Source of the DNA: an uncultured Planctomycetota bacterium
GTDB lineage: Bacteria > Planctomycetota > Planctomycetia > Isosphaerales > Isosphaeraceae
Direction of reading: 5' to 3'
DNA: 64,000 bases
Assembly (NCBI GenBank): GCA_963823665.1
Contig: CAWGMQ010000010.1
Coordinates: 64,001-128,000, forward strand
The notes beneath the pieces were generated by a model, which made no database searches, was not told the DNA's origin, and saw only the letters and a list, made by a program, of their open reading frames with translations. Below are positions 1 to 10,327 of the stretch, one piece after another. How positions within the stretch are numbered: position 1 is the stretch's first letter; the number at the start of each line of letters is the position of its first letter. The position numbers and the translations under genes are program-made.

Positions 1-2
1 GC

Positions 3-1487
3 TTCAGAAAAAAGGAGTATGACAAAGCGATTACCGATTTCACCGTGGCCATCGAGCGTGACGCAGAGCATGCCTACCCATACAAAGCGCGGGGCGAGGC
101 CTGGTACGGCGAGCAAGAATTTGATAAGGCTCTCGACGACTTTGACAAGGCAATCAAGATCGACCCAAGCTACGCCGACGCGCATCTGGCACGTGGCAAC
201 GCTTGGGAGGCAGCAGGGCAGTTCGAGAGCGCGCTGGCTGACTACACTCGGGCCATCGAGCTCAATGCTGATGGTTCCGCCTACTACTGCAGTCGCGGGA
301 GTCTTCTTGCCTTCATGGGCGAGCATGAAAAGTCAATCGCCGATCTTGAAAGCTCCATTCGCCTTGACCCGACGGACGCGGATTGCTTCTACGAACGGGG
401 TGCTGAGTACGTGGAGACGAAGCAGTACGACAAGGCAATTGCCGATTTCAATGTGGTGCTGAAGCGAAACCCCAGCGATGTCGAAGCGCTCAAGAAACGC
501 GGGCTTGCCTGGCACTCCAAGAACGAATATCAAAAGGCGATTGACGACTTCACCAACGCGCTTGCGCTGGATCCTCGCGATCCTGAGCTCTGGGGTAACC
601 GCGGCCTGTCCCGGGGTGGGAAAAAAGATTTCAACGGGGCCGTCGCCGACTTTACGCAAGCGACTCAGCTCGATCCCGAAGACCCGTCCAACTACAAGGG
701 TCGGGCTATTTCCTGGCTGAAAACCGAAGAATTCGACAGGGCGATCGCTGATGCCACTGCGGCCATCCGGATCAATTCCGACGACGCATTTGCTTACTCG
801 ATTCGCGGCCAGGGCTACAGCGAGAAGCGTGAATACGAGACGGCAATCAAAGACTTCAGCGAGTCGATCAGGCTCGATCCACTTGATGCAGTTGCATTTT
901 ATGCCAGAGCGCACGCATTCATCGCGAAGAAGGAATACGACAAGGCCGTCGCCGACTATAGCGAGGCCATTCGGCTGGATCCGGAATTCGCCGCGGCGTT
1001 CGTCGGGCGTGGGCTTGCGTGGTCACGAAAGAAGGAGTTTGAAAAAGCGATCATTGATTTCACGGAAGCCATCCGGCTCGATCGGAATGACGCGGGGGCG
1101 CGCTATAATCGCGGCTGGGCGCATTCGTCTCTCAAGAAATTCGCGAAAGCCATTCTCGACTACGGCGAAACCATCCAGCTTGACCCCAAGCACAGTTGGG
1201 CCTACAACAACCGCGCCTGGATCTGGGCGACTTGCAAGGATGACAAGGTTCGGGACGGGAAGCGGGCCGTCGAGTCGGCGACGAAGGCGTGCGGGCTGAC
1301 CGAATGGAAGAACGCATCGCAGTTGGACACGCTCGCGGCCGCTTACGCGGAATCCGGTGACTTCGACGCCGCAGTGAAGTGGCAAATCAACACGAACGAG
1401 CTTTACGGTGCCGTCGAGGATCGCGAGAAAGGCGAGGCGCGGCTGAAGCTCTATCAGGACAAGAAGCCGTATCGGGCCGATGATTGA
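3..1487 (+). CDS. TPR-repeat protein (5' end runs off the window)
   Basis: Frame is open from position 3 (FRKKEYDKAITDFT...). About 12 TPR units of the type AYxxRG...KAIADFxEAIRLDP, and a planctomycete-type C-terminus (AYNNRAWIWATC...DGKRAVESATKAC...LDTLAAAYAESGDF). Confidence 0.9.
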   Translation, partial: FRKKEYDKAITDFTVAIERDAEHAYPYKARGEAWYGEQEFDKALDDFDKAIKIDPSYADAHLARGNAWEAAGQFESALADYTRAIELNADGSAYYCSRGSLLAFMGEHEKSIADLESSIRLDPTDADCFYERGAEYVETKQYDKAIADFNVVLKRNPSDVEALKKRGLAWHSKNEYQKAIDDFTNALALDPRDPELWGNRGLSRGGKKDFNGAVADFTQATQLDPEDPSNYKGRAISWLKTEEFDRAIADATAAIRINSDDAFAYSIRGQGYSEKREYETAIKDFSESIRLDPLDAVAFYARAHAFIAKKEYDKAVADYSEAIRLDPEFAAAFVGRGLAWSRKKEFEKAIIDFTEAIRLDRNDAGARYNRGWAHSSLKKFAKAILDYGETIQLDPKHSWAYNNRAWIWATCKDDKVRDGKRAVESATKACGLTEWKNASQLDTLAAAYAESGDFDAAVKWQINTNELYGAVEDREKGEARLKLYQDKKPYRADD

Positions 1488-1855
1488 TCGAAGAACATGG
1501 GATGCTTATCGTTGCGGGGCTCGACTAGGCCGGTACAGTCATGAGGCGTTGGCGGACTGACATTTCTCGGTCTCACACTCACCGGCTTTGGCGATGCGGG
1601 GATCGGGCTCACGCCCGAGGCTGGAGGACTTGCGTCCCGTCCGAACCACGCACTCACGTGCGTGGTCACCGGGGAAGGCGCTCACTCGCACGCTCGCGGA
1701 CGGGCCGCGGGCTCGGCCGAACGCGTGACTGCGGTCGTCATACCGTGCATCGAACGGCCAACTGCCGATTTCGCGCGGCGGTTCGATCTTCAATCTAGAA
1801 TTCGGAGCTGCTGCTGTCAGGAATTCACTCGCTGCGGCAACTCTCTAAGCGAACG

Positions 1856-2443
1856 ATGAACGAACCGAGGCCGCAAACGATGTCTGAGCCCGAGGGATCC
1901 GCTTCGATCGACTGGGGCGCGGCGCTGGCTGCCCATGACGGGTGGCTGCGCAAGGTCGTCGCGGCTCGGTTGGGGGAGCCGCAGGCGGTTGATGAGGTGA
2001 TGCAGGAGGTTGCGCTGGCGGCTGTTACGCAGCGATCGCCGCTGAACAACCCGGCGCGGGCCACGGTGTGGCTCTATCGTTTGGCCGTGCGGCACGTGCT
2101 GCTGTATCGCCGCAAGACAGGACGAGCGCGCTCACTGGTCGGCCGCTATGCCGCCCGGCAGGCGCCCTATGCCGTCGACGGGTCAGCATCTCCGCTGGCA
2201 TGGCTCCTCTGCAATGAGCGGCAGCAACTGGTTCAGGAGGCGCTCAAGCGGCTGCCGCCGCGGGACGCCGAATTGCTCATGTTAAAACACGCCGAATCGC
2301 TCAGCGCGAGAGAAATTGCCGAGCGCCTGGGAGTTGCCGTGGCCACTATCGAGACCCGTCTTCACCGCGCCCGCGGCCGGCTTCGCGCCGAGCTCGCTGG
2401 GCTAGCCGCCGAATTCGAGGAAAAAGATCATGAAACTCAGTGA
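1856..2443 (+). CDS. ECF-type RNA polymerase sigma-70 factor
   Basis: Region 2 (VDEVMQEV...VWLYRLAVR) and region 4 HTH (LSAREIAERLGVAVATIETRLHRAR). Confidence 0.9.
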   Translation: MNEPRPQTMSEPEGSASIDWGAALAAHDGWLRKVVAARLGEPQAVDEVMQEVALAAVTQRSPLNNPARATVWLYRLAVRHVLLYRRKTGRARSLVGRYAARQAPYAVDGSASPLAWLLCNERQQLVQEALKRLPPRDAELLMLKHAESLSAREIAERLGVAVATIETRLHRARGRLRAELAGLAAEFEEKDHETQ

Positions 2444-3188
2444 GCCCGACGACACGTCCGTTGATGACACCCTTATCGACCGAATTGTCGATGGTGCCCT
2501 GACGCCGGAAGAACTCCGCGCGGCGGTTCTTCGAATCGAGGCTGAGCCCGATGGCTGGAAGCGATGCGCTCTGGCATTCGTCGAGGCGCGGGTATGGAGC
2601 GATTCACTGCGTGCGATCGGGCAGGCGCAGAAGAGTGAGCCAGCCGGCATGCCGATTCCGCGCACCGCGCCAGCGGCGAAGGGCCGCCGGAATCGCTGGC
2701 TTCGCTCGATTGCGGCCGCGGTGATCGTCGGTCTCTCGTTCGTGGCTGGTTGGATGACGCACGGAACGCGGCTCGACTCGCGGCCGGAGCCGCTCTTGGT
2801 TCGAGATTCGAAAGTGACTCCCGTGCCGCGGCCGAGCGAGCCTTCCGACGTGGAGGATGTTGTGACTCAGAGCGCTGGATTCCCGGAGGATCGTGCGCCT
2901 CGACGCGTCGCGGCGGCTCGAATGGTCAGAACGGTCGGATTGATTCGTTTTGGGCCCGAGAGCTCGCCGGCGGAGGTGCCGGTTCTGGCCGGGCCCGGCA
3001 TCACGAAGGATTGGCTAGCGGCGCAACCGCCGCCGGTCTCGGAGTATGGGGAGGTCGTCCTGGCGCGCGAGGGGTATCGAGTCGAGCAGCAGCGACGATT
3101 TTTCACGACCGTGCTGGCTGATGGACGGCGCGTGGCGATCCCCGTTGATCATGTCCAGATTCGGTACACAGGTAACGAGCGGTTTTGA
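2430..3188 (+). CDS. Putative anti-sigma factor, single-pass membrane protein
   Basis: Overlaps the sigma gene end. N-terminal LIDRIVDGAL...WKRCALAFVE helix bundle followed by a TM segment (IAAAVIVGLSFVAGW). Confidence 0.7.
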   Translation: MKLSEPDDTSVDDTLIDRIVDGALTPEELRAAVLRIEAEPDGWKRCALAFVEARVWSDSLRAIGQAQKSEPAGMPIPRTAPAAKGRRNRWLRSIAAAVIVGLSFVAGWMTHGTRLDSRPEPLLVRDSKVTPVPRPSEPSDVEDVVTQSAGFPEDRAPRRVAAARMVRTVGLIRFGPESSPAEVPVLAGPGITKDWLAAQPPPVSEYGEVVLAREGYRVEQQRRFFTTVLADGRRVAIPVDHVQIRYTGNERF

Positions 3189-3221
3189 TTTTGTCCCGAG
3201 GTCAATTCCAGGAGGTCTTTC

Positions 3222-4432
3222 ATGAAATCCGTCAAGACGTGGTCCGCAGCCGTTGGCTTACTTTTTCTTGGAGGCACGATCTTGTCGCCGGCGGGGCGGG
3301 CACAGAACGCGGCCGAAAAGCCAGCGCAGGGCGCGCTCCGAATTCTCAGTCGCCGGGCGCTCACGATCGGCGCAACTGGAACGGGCAGGGATCCAACGGC
3401 GAGTTCTTACGCTGGCTGGCGTATCCGTCGTGGGGTGACCAGCAGAACCGATGGGACACGCTAGTTGCGCCGGATGGCACGCTTCGTGTTTTGGGCTCCG
3501 GCGGGCCCCCGGATCTCAGTCTTGCCGCGCCGGACCAAGCGTTGCGGGATCACTTGAATCTGCCGAAGGGTCAGGGTGTGGTCGTAATCGCCGTCGATCC
3601 GCACTCGTCTGCCGCGGCCGCCGGAATCCAGCAAAACGACGTGTTGCTCTCACTGGGCGAAAGCCCGCTCGAGCAGCCCAAGGATCTCTACGACCTGCTG
3701 AAGAAGACGGGCGAGGAGCCGGTGGCACTCGTGCTCTTGCGCGGCGGCAACCGCGTCACGCTGCAAGTGCAGCCTCAGGTGCATGTGACGCTCGGACCCG
3801 CCGCGGCCAAGGCGCCTGCGCGTGACTTCTGGATCGGTGTTTCCGTCAATCTCATCGGGCCGGTCCTTCGCGCTCAGCTTCAGCTCACGCAGCCGGGCGC
3901 TGTGGTCGTGAATCAGGTCGTGCCCGATAGTCCGGCGGCGATGGCGGGAATCGCGGTTAACGACATTCTGCTCGCCATTGACGGCAGACCTATCGTTGAC
4001 CCGCAAGACCTGGCGAAAGCGGCGCAATCCTCGGGCGGCAAGCCGCTGGTGCTCGAGCTCATCGGGAAGGGGAGCAAGCCGCGGAACGTCACGGTTACTC
4101 CGGCACGAAGGAAGAACGTGACAGCCGTTACGCTCGACGCGCCCGGCACGGTCACCTACGACGTTGTGCATCCCGGCGCGGTCCTTGTAGACCAGGAGTT
4201 CGTTGCCGAGGCTCTAAATCAGATAGAGCGCCAGCCTATGACCAGCTTTCTGGTCGGGAATCAGTTGAGTCAAGCTCAGAAGCCACAAGAGGCCGCGGCG
4301 GGGCTGACCAAGCGCCTCGATTCGCTCGACTCGGATCTGAAGGAGCTGCGGAAGCTGGTCGAGGAGCTTCAGAAATCCGCAGCGAAAATCATCGAGCGGC
4401 AGAAGAGCAGCGCAGATTCGCCGAAGGACTGA
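3222..4432 (+). CDS. Exported double-PDZ-domain protein (frameshift near 3400)
   Basis: GGAGG RBS and signal peptide MKSVKTWSAAVGLLFLGGTILSPAGRA lie in frame 3222. Two PDZ domains (GVVVIAVDPHSSAAAAGIQQNDVLL; VVVNQVVPDSPAAMAGIAVNDILL) and a C-terminal coiled coil lie in frame 3185. Confidence 0.75.
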
Positions 4433-4500
4433 CGCGGCCTGAATTCACGGAATGTGCCGCGCGGAAACTGCCGGGCACCCTCGGTGCGGGGTGCTTCGAG

Positions 4501-4778
4501 TCAGGGCAATGACTCGGGGCGCTCGACCAAGGCGAGCCCGGCGTTTTCGATCCGGCTTCTGATCACGGGCCAGTGCCTGGCCAGGCTATGCGCGTCCATG
4601 GTGTGGGTGCAGAGGATCGTCGCACGATCGAATCGCCCTACGACCTTGGCACCACCCGGTGCGCGATAAAGAGCTCGGCGCACGGAGCTGATACTTGTGC
4701 GCGGACGTAGAAGCGGCGCTGGGAGCGGTCGTGGTCGGTCTCGGGTGTGTCGATGGCGTTGTCTGTGGTATTATGCAT
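4501..4778 (-). CDS. Small hypothetical protein (probable 1-nt frameshift near 4700)
   Basis: ATG at 4778 gives MHNTTD...RRFYVR. Restoring one base joins it to (G)TSISSVRRALYRAPGGAKVVGRFDRATILCTHTMD...VERPESLP, which ends at 4501. Confidence 0.35.
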
Positions 4779-4820
4779 GGTGGGCGGTTGTTATTCGTAT
4801 TCGAGGCAAAAGGTGCATGA

Positions 4821-5072
4821 ATGTCAACGGATGACTCGGCAACCAGAAAGTTCGTCACGCCGCTTGAAGCGATTCGATTGGACAAGACGGCGTTTTCCGT
4901 GATTTCCTTGCACGATGCGGATGCTGTTGACAAAGCATACTGGAAGGCATAGAGCCCGCACGCGCGCTTGGAAGCCCTCGAATTGATGCGGCAGGTGATG
5001 TATGGATACGATCCGATTTCCGACAGAGTTGAGAGAGTTTTTGAAATCATTGAGCGACCATCATCCCGATGA
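4821..5072 (+). pseudogene. Small conserved hypothetical protein (antitoxin-like, of the kind usually paired with nucleotidyltransferase genes) with an in-frame TAG
   Basis: MSTDD...RLDKTAFSVISLHDADAVDKAYWKA*SPHARLEALELMRQVMYGYDPISDRVERVFEIIERPSSR; TAG at 4950-4952. The terminal TGA overlaps the next ATG (ATGA). Confidence 0.6.
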
Positions 5073-5377
5073 GTGATCCTCCCACCAATATCCGGGCGCT
5101 GCAATCCGACCAGGTCCTTGAAATCACCTGGCCGGAGGGAACGCTCAATCGGTTGCCGTATCTTCTGGTGCGCAGCGAGTGCCCGTGCGCAACGTGTCGC
5201 AACGAGTGGACGGGCGAGCGGGTGCTCGACCCTGCTTCGATCCGACCGGACCTCAAGTTGACTGGTATGGAGAATATCGGCACATACGCGGTCCAGTTTG
5301 CCTGGAGCGATGGTCATTCCTCCGGCATCTTTACCTGGGAAACCCTGCGAGCGCTGGGCGCTCCGGCGCAGGGCTAG
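5069..5377 (+). CDS. DUF971 / GBBH-like N-terminal zinc-binding domain protein
   Basis: LEITW...LVRSECPCATC...IGTYAVQFAWSDGHSSGIFTWETLR signature. Confidence 0.9.
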   Translation: MSDPPTNIRALQSDQVLEITWPEGTLNRLPYLLVRSECPCATCRNEWTGERVLDPASIRPDLKLTGMENIGTYAVQFAWSDGHSSGIFTWETLRALGAPAQG

Positions 5378-5396
5378 ACCAGAGATCTCAGCGGCG

Positions 5397-6442
5397 ATGG
5401 CCATTTCACCCAGCAGCTCGATCGTGACGGTTGCCGTTCCCACCTTCAACGGCGGCCGCCACCTTGCGGAGGCGCTGGGCGGTATCCTGGCGCAACGCGG
5501 AGTCGCGTTCGAGCTTCTCGTCTCGGACGATCGATCCGATGACAACACGCTCGAAGTGGTTCGCGCGGCCGCTGGCGATCGGGTGCGGATCGAGGTTAAC
5601 AGCGAGCGGCTGGGGCTGGCGGGGAACTGGAATCGGTGCGCGGCGCTGTGCGCACTCCTCTGGTTGCGATCTTTCACCAGGACGACGTGATGCTGCAGGG
5701 TCACCTCCAGGCGCACGCCAGGGCACTCGGCTCGGACGAGTCGGTCGGCCTGGCCGCGAGCGCGGCGCTCGTGATCGATGAGCGCGGCGAGCCGATTTCA
5801 CCAGGTGTCGTGGGCCCTGGCGGGCTCGGCCCCCTGGACAGGCTGTTCGCCCCCGGGGAGCTTGCGCCGGAAATGGCCTGCGGCAACCCGCTGAGATGCT
5901 CAGCGGTGACGATTCGCGTTGCTGCGCATCGCGATGCGGGCGGGTTCGACCCGTCGCTTCGGTACGTTGTGGACTGGGATTTCTGGCTGCGGGTATCACG
6001 AAGCTGGAAGGTCGCGTGGCTTGCGAGGCCGACGGTGCAAGTTCGCTGGCATACGAGTAGCGAGACGCACCGCTTCCAGTCAGGCACGGACGACCTCGAC
6101 GAGACAGCGCAGATCCTCACGCGGCTCGTCGAATCGGATTGGAGCGATCGTCCGGATGTCGCCGCGATGCGGCGGATGGCCAATGCTCGAATAGGCCGTG
6201 CGTTTTTGAGTCGCGCGTTTGACGCACTCGGGGAGGGCCGTCCGGAGCTCGCGCGGGTCGCGCTTCATCGGGCGATTTCTCGTTCCCCTGCGGTGATCGG
6301 CGCGATCTTCCGCGACCCTCGCCTTTGCATCAAGTCGGCGGCCCTGGCCGCGTCGCCCCGATTGGCGGCGAAGCTGTTCCGGCGGCGGAAGAGCCGACCG
6401 GAGGATGACTTCCCTGCTCGGCGCCAGGCGGACAGGCCGTAG
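5397..6442 (+). CDS. Glycosyltransferase family 2 (frameshift near 5650)
   Basis: VTVAVPTFNG...LLVSDDRSDDNT...GLAGNWNRC in the first frame; PLVAIFHQDD...GGFDPSLRYVVDWDFWLR in the second frame. Confidence 0.85.
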
Positions 6443-8036
6443 TCGGCGCACGATCTGAGGGCGGCCGCACCCGGTCCGTCACATCGATGAATTCGTAGGG
6501 CTCGTCCCAAGTCGAGAAGTAACTGCGATCCGGGAGCAGCTCGAGGCCTGCAGCGAAATATGCGTTGAACACGACCCGGAACGAATTGACGGGGGAGATG
6601 CTCTGGTAGAGGGCTTCCCGGCCCTTTTCGGGTAGGTAGTAGGCGTTCAGAATGCTCATCCGCTCGTGCAGGTCGGTTTGCTCGACGCTCTGGGTCGAGA
6701 GGCCCAGACCCGACCCGTGGTCGGACTGAAGGATGATCACGGGAGGCTGGGGCGAGTTTGCCAGGATCTGATCGATCATCCGCTCGGCCTTCTCCATCAG
6801 GAAAGCGGCCTGTGCGCGGTAACCGGCCACGTAGTCAGCGCGGTCGCCGTACCAATCGCGATATCGCTCCCCGTCGGTCAACCTGTAGGGCAATTCGCGA
6901 CGGCTGACATCTTCCCCGTTCTTGCCGAAGACGAACGGAGGATGCGGCGAGAGGATGTGGGCGAACGTGAACGTCGGCGCTGCCCAGCGGGCGATGTGCG
7001 GCACCTTGTCGAAGACGTACAGCGTTTGATCGCGTGTGATCGTGTATGAGTCGCGCATCTGCGGAACCGGTGCCAGCGGCGCCAGCGGCGTGAGGTCAAG
7101 GAGCATGTGGTGGAACGGACTGAAGTAGCCGTGCGGCGAAAGATAGAATTCAGCCTCCGGATTTTCGGTCTGCATGAAGCTCGTCGCAAACGTGACGAAG
7201 CGGTAGCCCAGCCCCTTGAACGTTCGCACCACCGCGCCATCGCCGATCCAGCGAGAGAGCGGGCTCGTATCGTGCCAGTCGGCGGGCATCAAACCGTTCA
7301 AGTAGGTTGCGTTCATTGACGACGACAGCGCCAGCGGCGTTTGACAGTAATTGGCCGTGCTGCGTCGTGCGACGTAGAATCCCTTGCTCTCGAGACGCTT
7401 GAGGAATGGCTCCTCATCCAGACCGTAGAGCTCTCGCATCACGTCGGTTCGCGCGTAACCGTCAAGAATGATGTAGTAGACGTCGGGTAGCCGGCCAACC
7501 GGTCGAGCGCTGGCGATCGCACGCGGCGCGATACCCTCCCCCTTGACCGGCTGAGTCAATTGGCGGGGGTGTTTCGTCCAGGTCCTGACAACGCTGACGA
7601 TGGGAAATGCAAGCAAGATGAGCGCGAATATGTTAAGCTGAGTGGTCCAGGCCTGCGGTTTCTTTATTCGTGCGACGAAGTAGGCCAACCACGCGGCGAG
7701 CGCCAGCTCCGGCCCCATCACTAATGGTCGCCAGACATGGACATCCCGCACGACCCAGACGCGGCTGAGCCAGGTCAGTGCCGCGTCAACCCATCCGGGA
7801 GCGACGGCGATCGTGTCGAACACAACAAGTGTCAGAAGCGTCAACAAGCCGGCCTTCGCCGGCTCGCGCACCGCCAGCCAGAAGAGCAGCCAGAGGAGCA
7901 GAGCTGCACTCGTGATCAACCCGACGGGCAAAAGGACGTCATGCCATGGCGTCGAGCCAGCGTTCTGCGCATAAAGTGCAGCGACTGGGTACATAGCGAT
8001 GAGGAACGGATACAACATCGGCCGCCGCGACTTCAT
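6330..8036 (-). CDS. Membrane-anchored sulfatase/alkaline-phosphatase-superfamily protein (LTA-synthase-like)
   Basis: About 5 N-terminal TM helices, then PDVYYIILDGYAR, FAHILSPHPPF and IILQSDHG motifs. GGAGG RBS before ATG 8036. Confidence 0.75.
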   Translation of the reverse strand: MKSRRPMLYPFLIAMYPVAALYAQNAGSTPWHDVLLPVGLITSAALLLWLLFWLAVREPAKAGLLTLLTLVVFDTIAVAPGWVDAALTWLSRVWVVRDVHVWRPLVMGPELALAAWLAYFVARIKKPQAWTTQLNIFALILLAFPIVSVVRTWTKHPRQLTQPVKGEGIAPRAIASARPVGRLPDVYYIILDGYARTDVMRELYGLDEEPFLKRLESKGFYVARRSTANYCQTPLALSSSMNATYLNGLMPADWHDTSPLSRWIGDGAVVRTFKGLGYRFVTFATSFMQTENPEAEFYLSPHGYFSPFHHMLLDLTPLAPLAPVPQMRDSYTITRDQTLYVFDKVPHIARWAAPTFTFAHILSPHPPFVFGKNGEDVSRRELPYRLTDGERYRDWYGDRADYVAGYRAQAAFLMEKAERMIDQILANSPQPPVIILQSDHGSGLGLSTQSVEQTDLHERMSILNAYYLPEKGREALYQSISPVNSFRVVFNAYFAAGLELLPDRSYFSTWDEPYEFIDVTDRVRPPSDRAPTTACPPGAEQGSHPPVGSSAAGTASPPIGATRPGPPT

Positions 8037-8245
8037 CCATTCCTCCGCCGCGCCAGTTTGTAGGCGCGCGCGTTCGACCGATCCCACGCCCGATCCGGGC
8101 GAATCAGAGGCGAGACCCCCGCCCCGATTTCATTAATTTATAGAAGCGACAATGGTGATCGACAAGGCCCGTGATCTTTCAATCAAATGCTCTCGCTATC
8201 CACGACGTGGGGAAAACGGATACAATTCTTCACGGAGCTAAATCA

Positions 8246-10284
8246 ATGACCGTTTCCTGTGCTACGCCAGCCGCGAATTCCAACGCGGCCCCCACCATGT
8301 TGCCCGATCTGCCGGTCGTTGACGCCGCGCGCCCTCACCTGCCGGCGAGCCGCGCCGAGATGGAGGCTCGCGGCTGGGACGCCGTGGACGTCGTTTTCGT
8401 CACCGGGGATGCCTACGTCGATCACCCGGCTTTCGCCGCGGGCATTCTGACCCGCGTGCTCGAGGCGTCCGGCTTTCGAGTCGCGGTGCTCAGCCAGCCC
8501 GACTGGCACAGGCGCTGCCCTGGCGGCAGTTCGGCCGTCCTCGCCTCTTCTTTGGAATCTCCGCCGGCAACATGGATAGCATGATCAACCATTACACGGC
8601 CAACAAGAAAGTACGCAACGACGATGCCTACTCCCCGGGCGGGCAGATCGGCTTGCGGCCCGACCGTGCCACGATCGCCTACTGCCAGCGAGCGCGCGAG
8701 GCATTTCCGGGAGTCCCGGTGATTGCCGGCGGAGTCGAGGCTTCGCTCCGCAGGCTCGCGCATTACGACTACTGGAGCGATACCGTCCGCCGGGCAATCA
8801 TGCTCGACGCCAAGGCCGACCTCGTCGTTTTTGGCATGGGCGAGCATCAGATCGTGACCATCGCTCGCCGATTGGCCCAAGGTGCGACCGTGAAAGACTT
8901 GCGCGACATGCGCGGCGTCGCCTACGCCCTGGGTGCCAGCGAATCGCAGTCGATCCCTGACGACGCGATTGTCTTGCCCGCGTACGAAGAAGTGACGGCC
9001 GACAAACGGAAGTTCGCTCGTGCGACCAAGATCATCCACCAGGAGACGAACCCGCTCAATGCTCGAAGGCTCGTTCAGTTCCACGATCGGCAGGCTGTTG
9101 TGTGCAACCCGCCGCCGCTGCCTGTCAGCCAGGAAGATATGGACAGGATTTATGGACTGCCCTACACCCGCGAGCCGCATTCGATGTACCAGGGGCGAAA
9201 AATCCCGGCGTTCGAGGTGGTGAGGGATTCGGTTACCTTGATGCGCGGCTGCTTCGGCGGATGCACGTTTTGCTCGATCACGGCGCACCAGGGCCGCATC
9301 ATCCAGTCGCGTTCACCCCAATCGGTGCTCGAGGAGCTGGGCAAGATGGGGCGTGACCGGGCCTTCAGCGGGGTGGTCTCCGATCTGGGCGGACCGACGG
9401 CCAACATGTACCAGATGAAATGCAGCAAGCCCGAGGTCGAGGCCAAGTGCAAGCGGCTATCATGCGTTCATCCCACGATCTGCAAGCTGCTGGATGCAGG
9501 TCACGGCCCACTGATTGACCTTATGCGAAAAAGTCGAGAAGTTCCCGGCATCGAGACCGTGCTGGTCGCATCCGGAATCCGCATGGACCTCGCGCAGAGA
9601 TCGCCCGAATACCTGGCTGAGCTGGCCAAACACCATGTCGGCGGGCACTTGAAGGTTGCGCCGGAGCATACCGACTCGAACGTCCTCAAGCTGATGAAAA
9701 AACCCGATTCAAACGATTTCGAGGGATTTGCCCGCGCCTTCGAGCGAGCCAGCAAGAAGGCCGGCAAGAAACAATATGTCGTTCCCTACTTCATCGCGTC
9801 GCACCCCGGCAGCGATCTGAACGCGATGATCGACCTGGCCGTGTTTCTCAAGCGCAATGGCTACAAGCCCGACCAGGTGCAAGACTTCATCCCCGCGCCA
9901 TTCGATATCGCCACCTGCATGTACCACACGGGTCTTGACCCGTTCACGGGTGAAGAGGTCTACATCGCCAAGCATTTGCGTGACCGCAAGCTCCAGCGTG
10001 CGCTGCTGCAGTTCTTCAAGCCTGAGAATTACTTCGAGGTGCGCAAGGCGCTGCTTGCGGCCGGCCGCTCCGACTTGATCGGCTCGGGCTGTGACTGCCT
10101 GATCGCTGCCCAGCCTCCCAGGGCGGCGCGAGAGGCCCGCATGGCCAAGGCCGCTCGCGAGCTGGGCGAAGGCGAGTACGTCCATCAGATCGGGCAGCCC
10201 GCAACCCCGCGACCTGCGCGCCCGCGGGGCAGCGATCCCGGGTATCGTCCTCATCGGAAATCGAGCCGGCGCCGGCCACGGTAA
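8246..10284 (+). CDS. ygiQ: YgiQ family (UPF0313) radical SAM protein (frameshift near 8512)
   Basis: [10 protein letters not shown], (F)[25 protein letters not shown] (CxxxCxxC), [19 protein letters not shown] and QVQDFIPAP motifs. Confidence 0.9.
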
Positions 10285-10327
10285 GCCGGCATGCCCTTTA
10301 GAAGTATGGAAGACCCCTCGCCGGAAA

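Noticed and set aside
1600..1705. c-di-GMP-I or cobalamin riboswitch
   Set aside because: GGGACGCAAGTCCTCCAGCCT (minus) and GGGGAAGGC (plus) resemble fragments of these aptamers, but the other conserved elements (GGCAAA and GGYAGC; GCCACTG and CCCGCAACTGT) are absent.
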